Source: Candidatus Rokuibacteriota bacterium
GTDB lineage: Bacteria > Methylomirabilota > Methylomirabilia > Rokubacteriales > CSP1-6
Assembly: GCA_003220265.1 (NCBI GenBank)
Contig: QHRW01000110.1
Coordinates: forward strand, 30,395-94,394
Reading direction: 5' to 3'
Length of the DNA stretch: 64,000 bases
Shown here: positions 46,146-54,788 of the stretch, one piece after another
How positions within the stretch are numbered: position 1 is the first letter of the stretch
Layout: every line of letters begins with the position of its first letter
The notes under the pieces: generated by a model
The model's database searches: none
What the model was told of the DNA's origin: nothing
The model's input: the letters and a program-made list of their open reading frames with translations, nothing else
Program-made: the position numbers and the translations under genes

Positions 46146-49100
46146 CCGGCACGAGGAGATCCAGGCTCCTCGCCCTCGTGGCCCTCGCGATGCTCGCCGC
46201 GACGCCGGCGATCGCCGCGACACCGACGACCGTCCGCGTGCACGGGACCGAGACCTGGACACCGACGATGGAGGTGGCCCTCGACGAGGTCGCGATGCTG
46301 TGGACCGGCGAGCCGCGCGGGACGAATACGCCGCCGACGCTGGTGGACGGCACCTCCGTCCTCCGGGCCGGCCGCGAGGCCGCGGCGATCCGGCTCACGG
46401 GCGTGACGACGGTCGCCGACCTGGTGACGCGGGCGCGCGCGCTGCGGGAGGCGAATCCGCGGTGGGAGACGCGGCTCGTGCTCTATGCCTCCGGCGAGAC
46501 GCGCAACGCCCGCAGTCGCCGGCTGCTGACCGAGGAGGTCGCGGTGGTGGCCGAGGACGGCACGGTCACGCGCGAGCACGTCACCGATCCGCTGACAACG
46601 CTGCAGGTGGCGGAGACGATCGCGGCGCGCGGCGGCGTGCAGCGCGTCGAGCCGGTGGCCCAGGCCTCGGACTACTTGCAGGCGCGCCTCACGCGCAAGG
46701 TCGCCAAGCTCAAGCGCCAGGACCAGCCCAGCGAGCGCCAGGAGTTCTTCGCGCTGAAGCGTGTCCCGCCGGGAGAGAGCCGGATTCCCGTCGAGCGCTA
46801 CCTGCAGGCACGCGAGCAGATGAAGCGCATGCCGCTCCACTCGACGGCGGGCGGCGCCGTTCGCCATCCCTCGGCCGCCGAGCTCGGGATCAATTTCGAC
46901 ACCGCCGCCGCGTTCCTCGGGCCGTGGACGCCGCTGGGCCCCGGCAACATCGGCGGCCGCACGCGCGCGCTCGTGGTCGATCCCGCGAATCCCAACACGC
47001 TCTATGCGGGTGGCGTGGCCGGCGGCGTGTGGAAGACGACCAACGGCGGCGGCGCGTGGGTGGCGCTGACCGACACGCTCCTGCCCAACCTGGCCGTGGC
47101 CTCGCTCGACATCGATCCCACGAGCTCCAACATCCTGTACGCCGGCACGGGCGAGGGCGTGTTCAACGGCGACGCGGTCCGGGGCGCCGGCATCTTCAAG
47201 ACCACCGACGGCGGGGTGACCTGGAATCAGCTCGCCACGACCGCCAATGCCGACTTCAACTTCGTGAACAAGCTCAAGGTGCTGTCGACTGGCACCTCGG
47301 TCCTCGCGGCCACGCGGACGGGCCTGTGGCGCTCGATGGACAGCGGCGGCACGTGGACGCAGGTCATCGACGCTTCCAGCATCAACGGCTGCTTCGACAT
47401 CGCGCTGGGCAACACCTACGTGCTCGCCTCGTGTGGCACGTTCGCCCAGGCGATCGTCTCCCGCAGCACCGACGGCGGCGCCAGTTTCGCCACAGCATTC
47501 ACGCCACCCGCCGGCGGCCGCACGTCGCTCGCCATCGCACCGTCGGACGAGAACATCGTCTATGCGCTCGCCTCGAGCATCGAAGGCGGCACGTACAACC
47601 TCGGCCTCAGCGCCGTCTACAAGTCGATCGACGGTGGTATTGAGTGGACACCCACCGTCACCAACACCAGTGCCAACAAGCTGAACACGCTGCTGCTCAC
47701 GAACCCGGTGTACGCGAACTACGCCGAATGCGGCTTCGGCCCATCTGACTCCATCTTCAACCAGGGCTGGTACGACAACGTCATCGCCGTCGATCCCACG
47801 AATCCCAACCGCGTGTGGGCCGGCGGCATCGATTTGTTCCGCTCCAACGACGGCGGTACCACCTGGGCGCTGGCGTCGTTCTGGTGGACGGGCTCGAGCC
47901 CGGGGCCCTTCGCCCATGCCGACCAGCACGCGATCGTCTTCGCGCCGGACTTCGCCACGAGCGGCAAGATGTACGTGGGCAATGACGGCGGTATCTTCCG
48001 GACGCTCAACGGGGCCACCGGCGCCACCACGAGCAACGTCTGCAATCCGGCCGGCGTCGGCATCGTGTGGACGGAGCTGAACAACAACTACGGGGTCACG
48101 CAGTTCTATCACGGCCTGCCCTACCCCGGTCCGAGCGGCGGCGACACCTTCTTCGGCGGCACGCAGGACAACGGCACGATTCGCGGCTCGGTCGGCCTCG
48201 GCATCGACGGCTGGCGCCAGATCCAGGGCGGCGACGGCGGCTACGTGGCGGTCAACCCCACCAACACGAACGTCCTCTACGCGGAGACCACCGGGCTGTC
48301 GATCACGAAGTCGGTCGACGGCGGCGCGCACTTTGTCGACGCCATCGCCGGCATCCTCGACCAGGGCTTCCTGTTCATCACCCCGTTCGTCATGTCGCCG
48401 AACAACCCGCAGATCCTGTGGACGGGTGGCGACCGCATGTGGCGCACCACGAACGGCGCCGCGAGCTGGACGGCGGCCGGCAGCAGTTTCGACTGCGGCT
48501 CGGTGAGCGCCATCGCCGTCGCGCCCCGCGCGGGCACGCTCGAGGACAGCCGCCTCGATCAGGTGGTCCTGGCCGGTACCAGCGGCGGCTGCGTGTTCCG
48601 CACCGCCACCGCGCTCACCGGCACCGCCACGACCAGCTGGACACCGATTCTGTCCGCCGGCGACGGCTACGTCTCCTCGATCGCCTTCGATCCCACCAAT
48701 GCCAGCAACGTCTACGTGACGCACTCGCAGTTCGGCGTCGGCCACGTCTATCGCTCGATCGACGGCGGCCTGACGTTCAGCAACATCGACGGCAGCGGCA
48801 GCGTGCTGCCCGACGTGCCGACCCACACGATCGTGGTGGCCCCCGGCAACCCCAACATCCTCTACGTGGGCACCGACCTCGGCGTGTTCTCGTCCGACGA
48901 CGGCGGCGACAACTGGTCGGTGGAGAACACGGGCTTCGCCAACGTCATCACCGAGGCGCTGGCCGTCGGCCAGGTGGGCAGCGTGGATCACGTGTTCGCG
49001 TTCACCCACGGCCGCGGCGTCTTCCGCGTGGCGCTGCCGCCGTCGATGGCCGACATCGCCGCGACGCAGGCCAGTGTTCCCGCCGGCGCCATCGTGGCGG

Positions 49101-52100
49101 CGGGCGGCTCCGTGATGGTCACCGACACTGTCAAGAACGTCGGCGACGCGACGGCCACCGCGGGCTTCGTGGTGGGCTACGCGCTCGTGCCCGTGAACGG
49201 CGACGGCAGCCTGGGCAGCGACATCCCGCTGAGCGTGACCCGCGCCGTCGGCGTGCTCAGCGCCCAGGGCAGCAGCCAGTCCACCACGGCCGTCGGCCTC
49301 CCCGACACCGTCGCGGTCGGTCCCTACAAGATCCGCGTGCGCGCCGACGTCCTCGGCCAGGTGGTCGAGGATCCGAGCGTCGTCAACAACGAGCGGCTGA
49401 CGAACACGTTCACGGTCACGCGGGTCGATCTCACCGTGACGGCGGCCTCGGCCACGCCGGTCGTGGTGGGCACCGGCCTTCGGGTGTCGGTCGCCAACAC
49501 CGTGAAGAATCTGAGCGCGACGCCGGCGCCCAAGCCGTTCAGCGTCACCTTCCTGCTGTCGCCCGGCACCGGCACCACGCTGGCGGGCGCCGAGATCCCG
49601 CTGGACGTCACCCGCACGGTGACGACACTCGGCGCGAACGCGACGAATGCCGCGACGACCCCCGTCACGATTCCCGACGGCACCACGCCCGGGACGTACC
49701 GCATCTTCGTGATCGTCGATCCCGAGAACGCGATCGTCGAGAGCAACGAGAGCAACAACGCCCTGGCGAGCAACACCCTCACGATCGGCCGGGCCGACCT
49801 GGCGCCGCAGGCGGTGACGTTCACGCCGGCGGCGACCGGCAGCGCGACGGCGATCAGCGTGACGCACACCGTCCGCAACGTGGCGGCGGGGCCGACAGCG
49901 GGCACCGCGCCGCCGTCCGTCTCCGGCGTCTACCTCTCGACCGACACGACGCTGGCCTCGGCGGTGGCGCAGCTCGGCACCGTGAACATTCCGGCGCTCG
50001 CCGTGGGCGCCTCCAGCACGCAGACCAAGACGTTCACGATCCCGGCGGGGCCGCCGGGCGCGTTCTTCGTCGTCGTCAGGGCCGACGACGCGGGCGCCAT
50101 CACGGAGGCGGGCGAGGCCAACAACGTCGCGGCCAGTGCGACGCGGCTGCTGGTCGGTCCCGACTTGCTGGTGACGGCGGCCACCGCCACGCCGGCCTTC
50201 GTGACACCGGGCAGCACCGTGGCCGTCGCCAGCACGGTGAAGAACCAGGGCATCGCCGCCCCGACGAGCTTCGGCGTCTCGTTCGCGCTGGTCCCGACGA
50301 CCGATCTCAGTGGCGCCTCCGACATCCCGCTCGCCGTCACGCGCACGGTGGCGGGCCTGGGCGCCGGCGCATCGAGCTCGACCCCCGCGAACGTCGTGAT
50401 CCCCACGAGCGTCGGCCTCGGCCAGTACCGGATCCGTGTGATCGTCGATTCCGGCAACGCCGTCAACGAGGCGGACGAGACGAACAACCAGCGCCTCACG
50501 ACGTCGGTCGTGACGGTCACGCGGCCGGACCTGATCGTGCCGACCGTCACCGCGCCCGTGGCCGCCGCCCCCGGCACGCCGTTCGCGGTCACCAACACCG
50601 TCAAGAACAACAGCAGCGTCGCGGCCGGCCCCTTCAAGGTGGCGTTCTATCTGTCGACCGACACGCTCTTCGACGGCGCCGATATCCCGATCAGTGTCAG
50701 CCGCACCGTCACCACGCTGGCCGCCAACGGCGTCAGCACGGCCACGAACATGGTGACGATCCCGCCCGGCACGCCGATCGGCGTCTATCGGATCCTCGTC
50801 GTCGCCGACCCGCTCAACCAGGTCGTGGAGCTGGACGAGAACAACAACACCGGAGTCAGCGGGCCGGTCGTCCTCGGCCCCGATCTCGTCGTCACCGCGG
50901 CCACCGTGACGCCGACCACCGTGGCGCCCGGCGGCAGGATTTCCGTCGCGAACACCATCAAGAACCAGGGCGTCACGGCGGCCACCGCGTCGTCGCTCGT
51001 CGGCTTCTTCCTGTCGACTGATGCGGTCCTGGACGTCGCCGATGTCCCCCTCGGCCCCAGCCGGACCGTCGTGCCACTGGGCGCCGGCCTCAGCAGCGCC
51101 GGCACGAGCCCGCTGACGATTCCGCCAGGCACCGTGCCCGGCAGCTATCGCATCCTGGTCGTGGCGGACGTCGGTAACACGGTCACCGAAGGCAACGAAG
51201 CCAACAACGTGCTCGCGACGGTGCCGATCACGGTGGTGCTCCCGGATCTGATCGTCACCACCGTCACCGCGCCGGCTGCCGTCGCCGCGGGCACGCCGTT
51301 CGCCGTCACCAACACCGTCAAGAACAACAGCGGCGTGCTGGCCCCCGGGCCGTTCAGCGTGGCGTTCTTCCTGTCGACCGACACGACCTTCGATGGCGGA
51401 GACATCCCGCTCGGTGCCACGCGGACGGTCGCGTCGCTCGGGCCCAACGCGCTGAACACCGCCTCCACCCCGCTGACCATCCCGGTCGGCACGCCGCCCG
51501 GCGTCTATCGCATCCTGGTAGCGGCCGACGCGACCAACATCGTCGTGGAGACCAGCAACCTCAACAACGTCGGGACCAGCGCGGCCGTCACCGTCGGACC
51601 CGATCTCGTCATCTCGCCGCTGACCGTGCCCGCGCTCATCGCCGGACGCACGGGCGTCGGCATCGCGAACACCGTGAAGAACAACGGGGCGGCGGCCGCC
51701 ACGGCCGGCGCCTTCGGCGTCGGCTTGTACTTCTCCAGCACCAGCACAACGAATACGACGGGCGACACGCTGGTGGGCAACCGCCCGGTGACCGGCCTGG
51801 CCGGCGGCGGCACCTCCTCGGTGCCGGTCACGATCACCGTGCCGTCCACGCCGGGGAACTTCTTCCTCAAGGCGTTCGCGGACCACACCAACCTGGTGGT
51901 CGAGGCCGACGAGAGCAACAACGTGACGGTGAAGCCGGTCGCCGTCGTGCCCGACCTGGTGCGGACGAACGTCCTCGCGAACGCCACGTTCAAGATCACG
52001 CCGGACTCGCCGACCTGCCTGGTGGGGTCCACCGGCGGCGGCCAGGCGATCGAGACGATCACGACCCAGACCGGCGGCTCCTTCAGCGGCGGCAAGATCA

Positions 52101-53170
52101 CGTTCCACGACGCCGAGGGCGGCTCGGACACCATCAACTTCAGCGGCACGATCACCCCGGCCGGGACCGTCAGCGGCACGTTCACCCTCAGCCGCGTGGG
52201 CGGCGGCGGCGGCAGCGCGGGCGGCACCTTCACGGGAAGCGCGGGCGTCGATGCTTCACGCTCGGCGGGCTCTCTGTCGCTCGAGTTCACGGGGAGGTCC
52301 ACGGCCGGCATCGGCAGCTGCGCCGTGACCGCCCTGGTCACTGACGGGACCGGATCGCTGACGAACCCCAGCGTCGTGCCGGCCTCGCTCACGGTCGACG
52401 AGCGCAGCAGCGTGACGGTCACCTTCGGCACGAGCACGCCGTGGCCGGCTGACGGCCTTCTGAGGATCACGTTCCCCGCCGGCTTCGGCCTCGTCGGCGG
52501 CTCCGACGTCTTCAGCGCCACCGGTCCCGACGGTTCGTTCTTCACCTCCACGTCCGGCCAGACGCTGACGCTTCTGCGGCTCGGCGACGGCACCACGTTC
52601 AGCGGAAACGCGTCGTTCACGTTCGACGGAAGTTTTGGGGGAATCCTCAATCCCGTCGCCTTCGGTCCCACCGGAACCTTCCTGCTCAGGACGACCACGG
52701 CGGAGGGCATCGTCGTCGACTCGGAGCGCTTCCTCATCGACTCCGGAACGGCCCCATCCGTCACGCTCGAGCCCGGCGCGATCACGAGCGCCGGCGTGAC
52801 GCCGGCCTCGCTCGTGGCGGGTGCGGTCGGCAACGTCACCGTCAACTTCACCACCACGCACATCTGGCCCCCTGACGGCACGCTTCGGATCGACTTCCCC
52901 GCCGGCTTCGACGTCTCGAGCGCCTCGTTCGTTGGCACCTCGTTCGGTCCGATCGGGACGTTCTCCCTCGCCGTTTCCGGCCAGACCGTGACCCTGACGC
53001 GAATCGGCGGCGGCGACTTGCCGTTCGGGGGAAGCGCCTCCCTCACCCTGGACGGAGTCCAGAATCCCGCGACCTCCGGGACGACTGGCAGCTTCTCGCT
53101 GACGACGGCAACGGCCACCGCCGGCGCGATCGACATCGGGACGGCCCCGGGAGTCACGATCGTCCCCTGA
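46142..53170 (+). CDS. giant secreted protein (2342 aa): BNR/Asp-box beta-propeller region + 8 tandem CARDB domains + 2 C-terminal repeats
   Basis: Signal peptide MTGTRRSRLLALVALAMLAATPAIA. At least ten Asp-box motifs (S/T-x-D-G-G-x-T/S-W/F, e.g. WKTTNGGGAW, FKTTDGGVTW, YRSIDGGLTF). Repeated units of about 120 aa carry the CARDB signature (PDLVVTA.T..P..V.PG....V..TVKNQG...A..F.V.F.LSTD.....D..L...R.V..L......S.....TIP..T..G.YRI.V.AD..N.V.E..E.NN). The C-terminal repeats are of the LRITFPAGFG / LRIDFPAGFD type. Confidence 0.9.
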   Translation: MTGTRRSRLLALVALAMLAATPAIAATPTTVRVHGTETWTPTMEVALDEVAMLWTGEPRGTNTPPTLVDGTSVLRAGREAAAIRLTGVTTVADLVTRARALREANPRWETRLVLYASGETRNARSRRLLTEEVAVVAEDGTVTREHVTDPLTTLQVAETIAARGGVQRVEPVAQASDYLQARLTRKVAKLKRQDQPSERQEFFALKRVPPGESRIPVERYLQAREQMKRMPLHSTAGGAVRHPSAAELGINFDTAAAFLGPWTPLGPGNIGGRTRALVVDPANPNTLYAGGVAGGVWKTTNGGGAWVALTDTLLPNLAVASLDIDPTSSNILYAGTGEGVFNGDAVRGAGIFKTTDGGVTWNQLATTANADFNFVNKLKVLSTGTSVLAATRTGLWRSMDSGGTWTQVIDASSINGCFDIALGNTYVLASCGTFAQAIVSRSTDGGASFATAFTPPAGGRTSLAIAPSDENIVYALASSIEGGTYNLGLSAVYKSIDGGIEWTPTVTNTSANKLNTLLLTNPVYANYAECGFGPSDSIFNQGWYDNVIAVDPTNPNRVWAGGIDLFRSNDGGTTWALASFWWTGSSPGPFAHADQHAIVFAPDFATSGKMYVGNDGGIFRTLNGATGATTSNVCNPAGVGIVWTELNNNYGVTQFYHGLPYPGPSGGDTFFGGTQDNGTIRGSVGLGIDGWRQIQGGDGGYVAVNPTNTNVLYAETTGLSITKSVDGGAHFVDAIAGILDQGFLFITPFVMSPNNPQILWTGGDRMWRTTNGAASWTAAGSSFDCGSVSAIAVAPRAGTLEDSRLDQVVLAGTSGGCVFRTATALTGTATTSWTPILSAGDGYVSSIAFDPTNASNVYVTHSQFGVGHVYRSIDGGLTFSNIDGSGSVLPDVPTHTIVVAPGNPNILYVGTDLGVFSSDDGGDNWSVENTGFANVITEALAVGQVGSVDHVFAFTHGRGVFRVALPPSMADIAATQASVPAGAIVAAGGSVMVTDTVKNVGDATATAGFVVGYALVPVNGDGSLGSDIPLSVTRAVGVLSAQGSSQSTTAVGLPDTVAVGPYKIRVRADVLGQVVEDPSVVNNERLTNTFTVTRVDLTVTAASATPVVVGTGLRVSVANTVKNLSATPAPKPFSVTFLLSPGTGTTLAGAEIPLDVTRTVTTLGANATNAATTPVTIPDGTTPGTYRIFVIVDPENAIVESNESNNALASNTLTIGRADLAPQAVTFTPAATGSATAISVTHTVRNVAAGPTAGTAPPSVSGVYLSTDTTLASAVAQLGTVNIPALAVGASSTQTKTFTIPAGPPGAFFVVVRADDAGAITEAGEANNVAASATRLLVGPDLLVTAATATPAFVTPGSTVAVASTVKNQGIAAPTSFGVSFALVPTTDLSGASDIPLAVTRTVAGLGAGASSSTPANVVIPTSVGLGQYRIRVIVDSGNAVNEADETNNQRLTTSVVTVTRPDLIVPTVTAPVAAAPGTPFAVTNTVKNNSSVAAGPFKVAFYLSTDTLFDGADIPISVSRTVTTLAANGVSTATNMVTIPPGTPIGVYRILVVADPLNQVVELDENNNTGVSGPVVLGPDLVVTAATVTPTTVAPGGRISVANTIKNQGVTAATASSLVGFFLSTDAVLDVADVPLGPSRTVVPLGAGLSSAGTSPLTIPPGTVPGSYRILVVADVGNTVTEGNEANNVLATVPITVVLPDLIVTTVTAPAAVAAGTPFAVTNTVKNNSGVLAPGPFSVAFFLSTDTTFDGGDIPLGATRTVASLGPNALNTASTPLTIPVGTPPGVYRILVAADATNIVVETSNLNNVGTSAAVTVGPDLVISPLTVPALIAGRTGVGIANTVKNNGAAAATAGAFGVGLYFSSTSTTNTTGDTLVGNRPVTGLAGGGTSSVPVTITVPSTPGNFFLKAFADHTNLVVEADESNNVTVKPVAVVPDLVRTNVLANATFKITPDSPTCLVGSTGGGQAIETITTQTGGSFSGGKITFHDAEGGSDTINFSGTITPAGTVSGTFTLSRVGGGGGSAGGTFTGSAGVDASRSAGSLSLEFTGRSTAGIGSCAVTALVTDGTGSLTNPSVVPASLTVDERSSVTVTFGTSTPWPADGLLRITFPAGFGLVGGSDVFSATGPDGSFFTSTSGQTLTLLRLGDGTTFSGNASFTFDGSFGGILNPVAFGPTGTFLLRTTTAEGIVVDSERFLIDSGTAPSVTLEPGAITSAGVTPASLVAGAVGNVTVNFTTTHIWPPDGTLRIDFPAGFDVSSASFVGTSFGPIGTFSLAVSGQTVTLTRIGGGDLPFGGSASLTLDGVQNPATSGTTGSFSLTTATATAGAIDIGTAPGVTIVP
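49040..51960 (+). repeat. coding tandem repeat array: 8 CARDB-domain units, period about 360-370 bp
   Basis: The PDL(V/I)V anchors recur at about 49423, 49795, 50158, 50527, 50878, 51244, 51601 and 51952. Confidence 0.8.
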
Positions 53171-53181
53171 GAAAATCGCGT

Positions 53182-53214
53182 ATCCTCCTGGGCGGCTCAA
53201 CCCGCTCAGGAGGA
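53182..53214 (+). promoter_or_regulatory. imperfect 14-bp-stem hairpin (atcctcctgggcgg-ctcaac-ccgctcaggaggat) between the giant gene stop and the CoA-transferase start; its 3' arm contains the AGGAGGA ribosome-binding site
   Basis: Read from the sequence. One mismatch in the stem. The GTG start at 53223 lies 9 nt downstream. Confidence 0.4.
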
Positions 53215-53222
53215 TCGCGCCC

Positions 53223-54434
53223 GTGACTGACTCGTCCCGGCTGCTCGACGGTCTCACCGTCCTCGACTTCACCCGCGTGCTGGCAGGGCCCTACTGCACA
53301 CGCCTGCTGGCCGACCTCGGCGCGCGCGTGCTCAAGATCGAGCGGCCCGGCGAAGGGGACGAAACGCGCCGGGGGTACGTCCAGCTCGAGGAGGGTCGGC
53401 TCGACCAGGCCACGTACTTCGTGCGCATCAACGTGGGCAAGGAGAGCGTCGGGCTCGATCTCGGCCACCCGCGCGGGCGCGAGGTGGCGCTGGACCTCGC
53501 GCGCAAGGCCGACGTGGCGATCGAGAACTTCGTGCCCGGCGTGGCCGCGCGGCTGGGCATCGATCACGCCGCGCTCGCGCGCGTGAAGCCCGACATCGTC
53601 TACTGCTCGATCTCCGGCTTCGGCCAGACCGGCCCGCTGCGCGATTCGCCCGCGTTCCACCACATCATCAACGCGGTGTCCGGCATCATGCACATGGAGA
53701 AGCAGACGAGCCCGACGGCGCCGGTGAGCTACCTGCAGGCGGCCGACGTGCTGGCCGGCACGCACGCCTTCGGCGCCATCCTGGCCGCGCTGTTCCGCCA
53801 CGGGCGCACCGGCCGCGGGGCGCACCTGGACGTGTCGATGCTGGAGACGATGATCGCCGCCGAGGACATCACCTACGGCGCCATTATCAACGGCGGCGAC
53901 GCCTATCCCGGGCCGCGCGCCGGCATGGTGGTCCACACGCTCCCGGGCGGGGACTTCGCGATGCAGACCGTCGGCGGGCCGCAGCTCTGGCCCAGGCTGC
54001 TGCAGGCCATGAAGCGGCCCGACCTCGAGCACGACCCGCGCTTCGCCACGCCGCTGGCCCGGCGCCAGAACTGGCCGGCGCTGCTGCCGATCATCAGCGA
54101 GTGGCTCGACACCTTCGGCACGCGCGAGCGCGCCATGGACGCGCTGCGCGCCGCCCGCCTGCCGACCGCGCCGGTGCTGTCGCCGGCGGAGGTCGCCGCG
54201 CATCCGCACCTCGAGGCGCGCCGCGCGTTCCCCGAGGTGCCGCACCCCACGCGCGGCAAGGTGCGCGTCACCGCGATTCCCTTCCACGTGGACGGCGCGC
54301 CGACTCCACCCACGGCCGGCGCGCCCTATCGCATCGGCGAGCACACGCGCCACGTGCTGGGCGGGCTGCTCGGCTACTCGGCGGCGCGCATCGACGAGCT
54401 CGCCAGGGCCGGCGCGATCAGCGTCGCGGGTTGA
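53223..54434 (+). CDS. family III CoA-transferase (CaiB/BaiF family)
   Basis: CoA-transferase III N-terminal region LDGLTVLDFTRVLAGPYCTRLLADLGARVLKIERP and a conserved Asp region. Confidence 0.85.
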   Translation: MTDSSRLLDGLTVLDFTRVLAGPYCTRLLADLGARVLKIERPGEGDETRRGYVQLEEGRLDQATYFVRINVGKESVGLDLGHPRGREVALDLARKADVAIENFVPGVAARLGIDHAALARVKPDIVYCSISGFGQTGPLRDSPAFHHIINAVSGIMHMEKQTSPTAPVSYLQAADVLAGTHAFGAILAALFRHGRTGRGAHLDVSMLETMIAAEDITYGAIINGGDAYPGPRAGMVVHTLPGGDFAMQTVGGPQLWPRLLQAMKRPDLEHDPRFATPLARRQNWPALLPIISEWLDTFGTRERAMDALRAARLPTAPVLSPAEVAAHPHLEARRAFPEVPHPTRGKVRVTAIPFHVDGAPTPPTAGAPYRIGEHTRHVLGGLLGYSAARIDELARAGAISVAG

Positions 54435-54481
54435 CGAGGAGTGCCGCGGCTTCGCCGCGGCGCTCCGAACGTTGGGGGTGT

Positions 54482-54501
54482 GGGGGCCATTTCGGGCCCC
54501 C
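54482..54501. repeat. GGGGGCC-loop-GGCCCCC palindromic element, copy D (in the 5' leader of the DUF3303-like gene)
   Basis: gggggccatttcgggccccc. This is the reverse-complement orientation of copy A. It sits 17 nt upstream of the ATG, immediately before AGGAGG. Confidence 0.55.
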
Positions 54502-54518
54502 ACTCAGGAGGCTCCGGA

Positions 54519-54788
54519 ATGCTGTTCATGGTGGTCGAGCGCTTCCGCAACCAGGACGCCAGATCGATCTATCGCCGGCTGCGCGACCAGGGCCGGATGA
54601 TGCCGGACGGGCTGAAGTTCGTCAGCTCCTCGGTCTCGGCCGACGTCTCTCGCTGCTTTCAGCTCATGGAGTGTGACGACGTCACGCTCTTCCAGCGCTG
54701 GGTGGCCGAGTGGTCGGATCTGATGGAGTTCGAGATCGTGCCGGTCGTGGCCGGCAAGGACACGGGCGCCGCGCTGGCCTCTACGTGA
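54519..54788 (+). CDS. DUF3303-like small protein (89 aa)
   Basis: MLFMVVERFRNQDARSIYRRLRDQGRMMPDGLKFVSS...CFQLMECDD...FEIVPVV matches my recollection of the DUF3303 family. AGGAGG ribosome-binding site. Confidence 0.6.
   Translation: MLFMVVERFRNQDARSIYRRLRDQGRMMPDGLKFVSSSVSADVSRCFQLMECDDVTLFQRWVAEWSDLMEFEIVPVVAGKDTGAALAST

Noticed and set aside
49040-51960. Possible CRISPR array (regular about 365-bp periodicity)
   Set aside because: The repeats are long, divergent and entirely coding (CARDB protein domains in one continuous ORF). No short identical repeats with unique spacers occur, and there are no cas genes.
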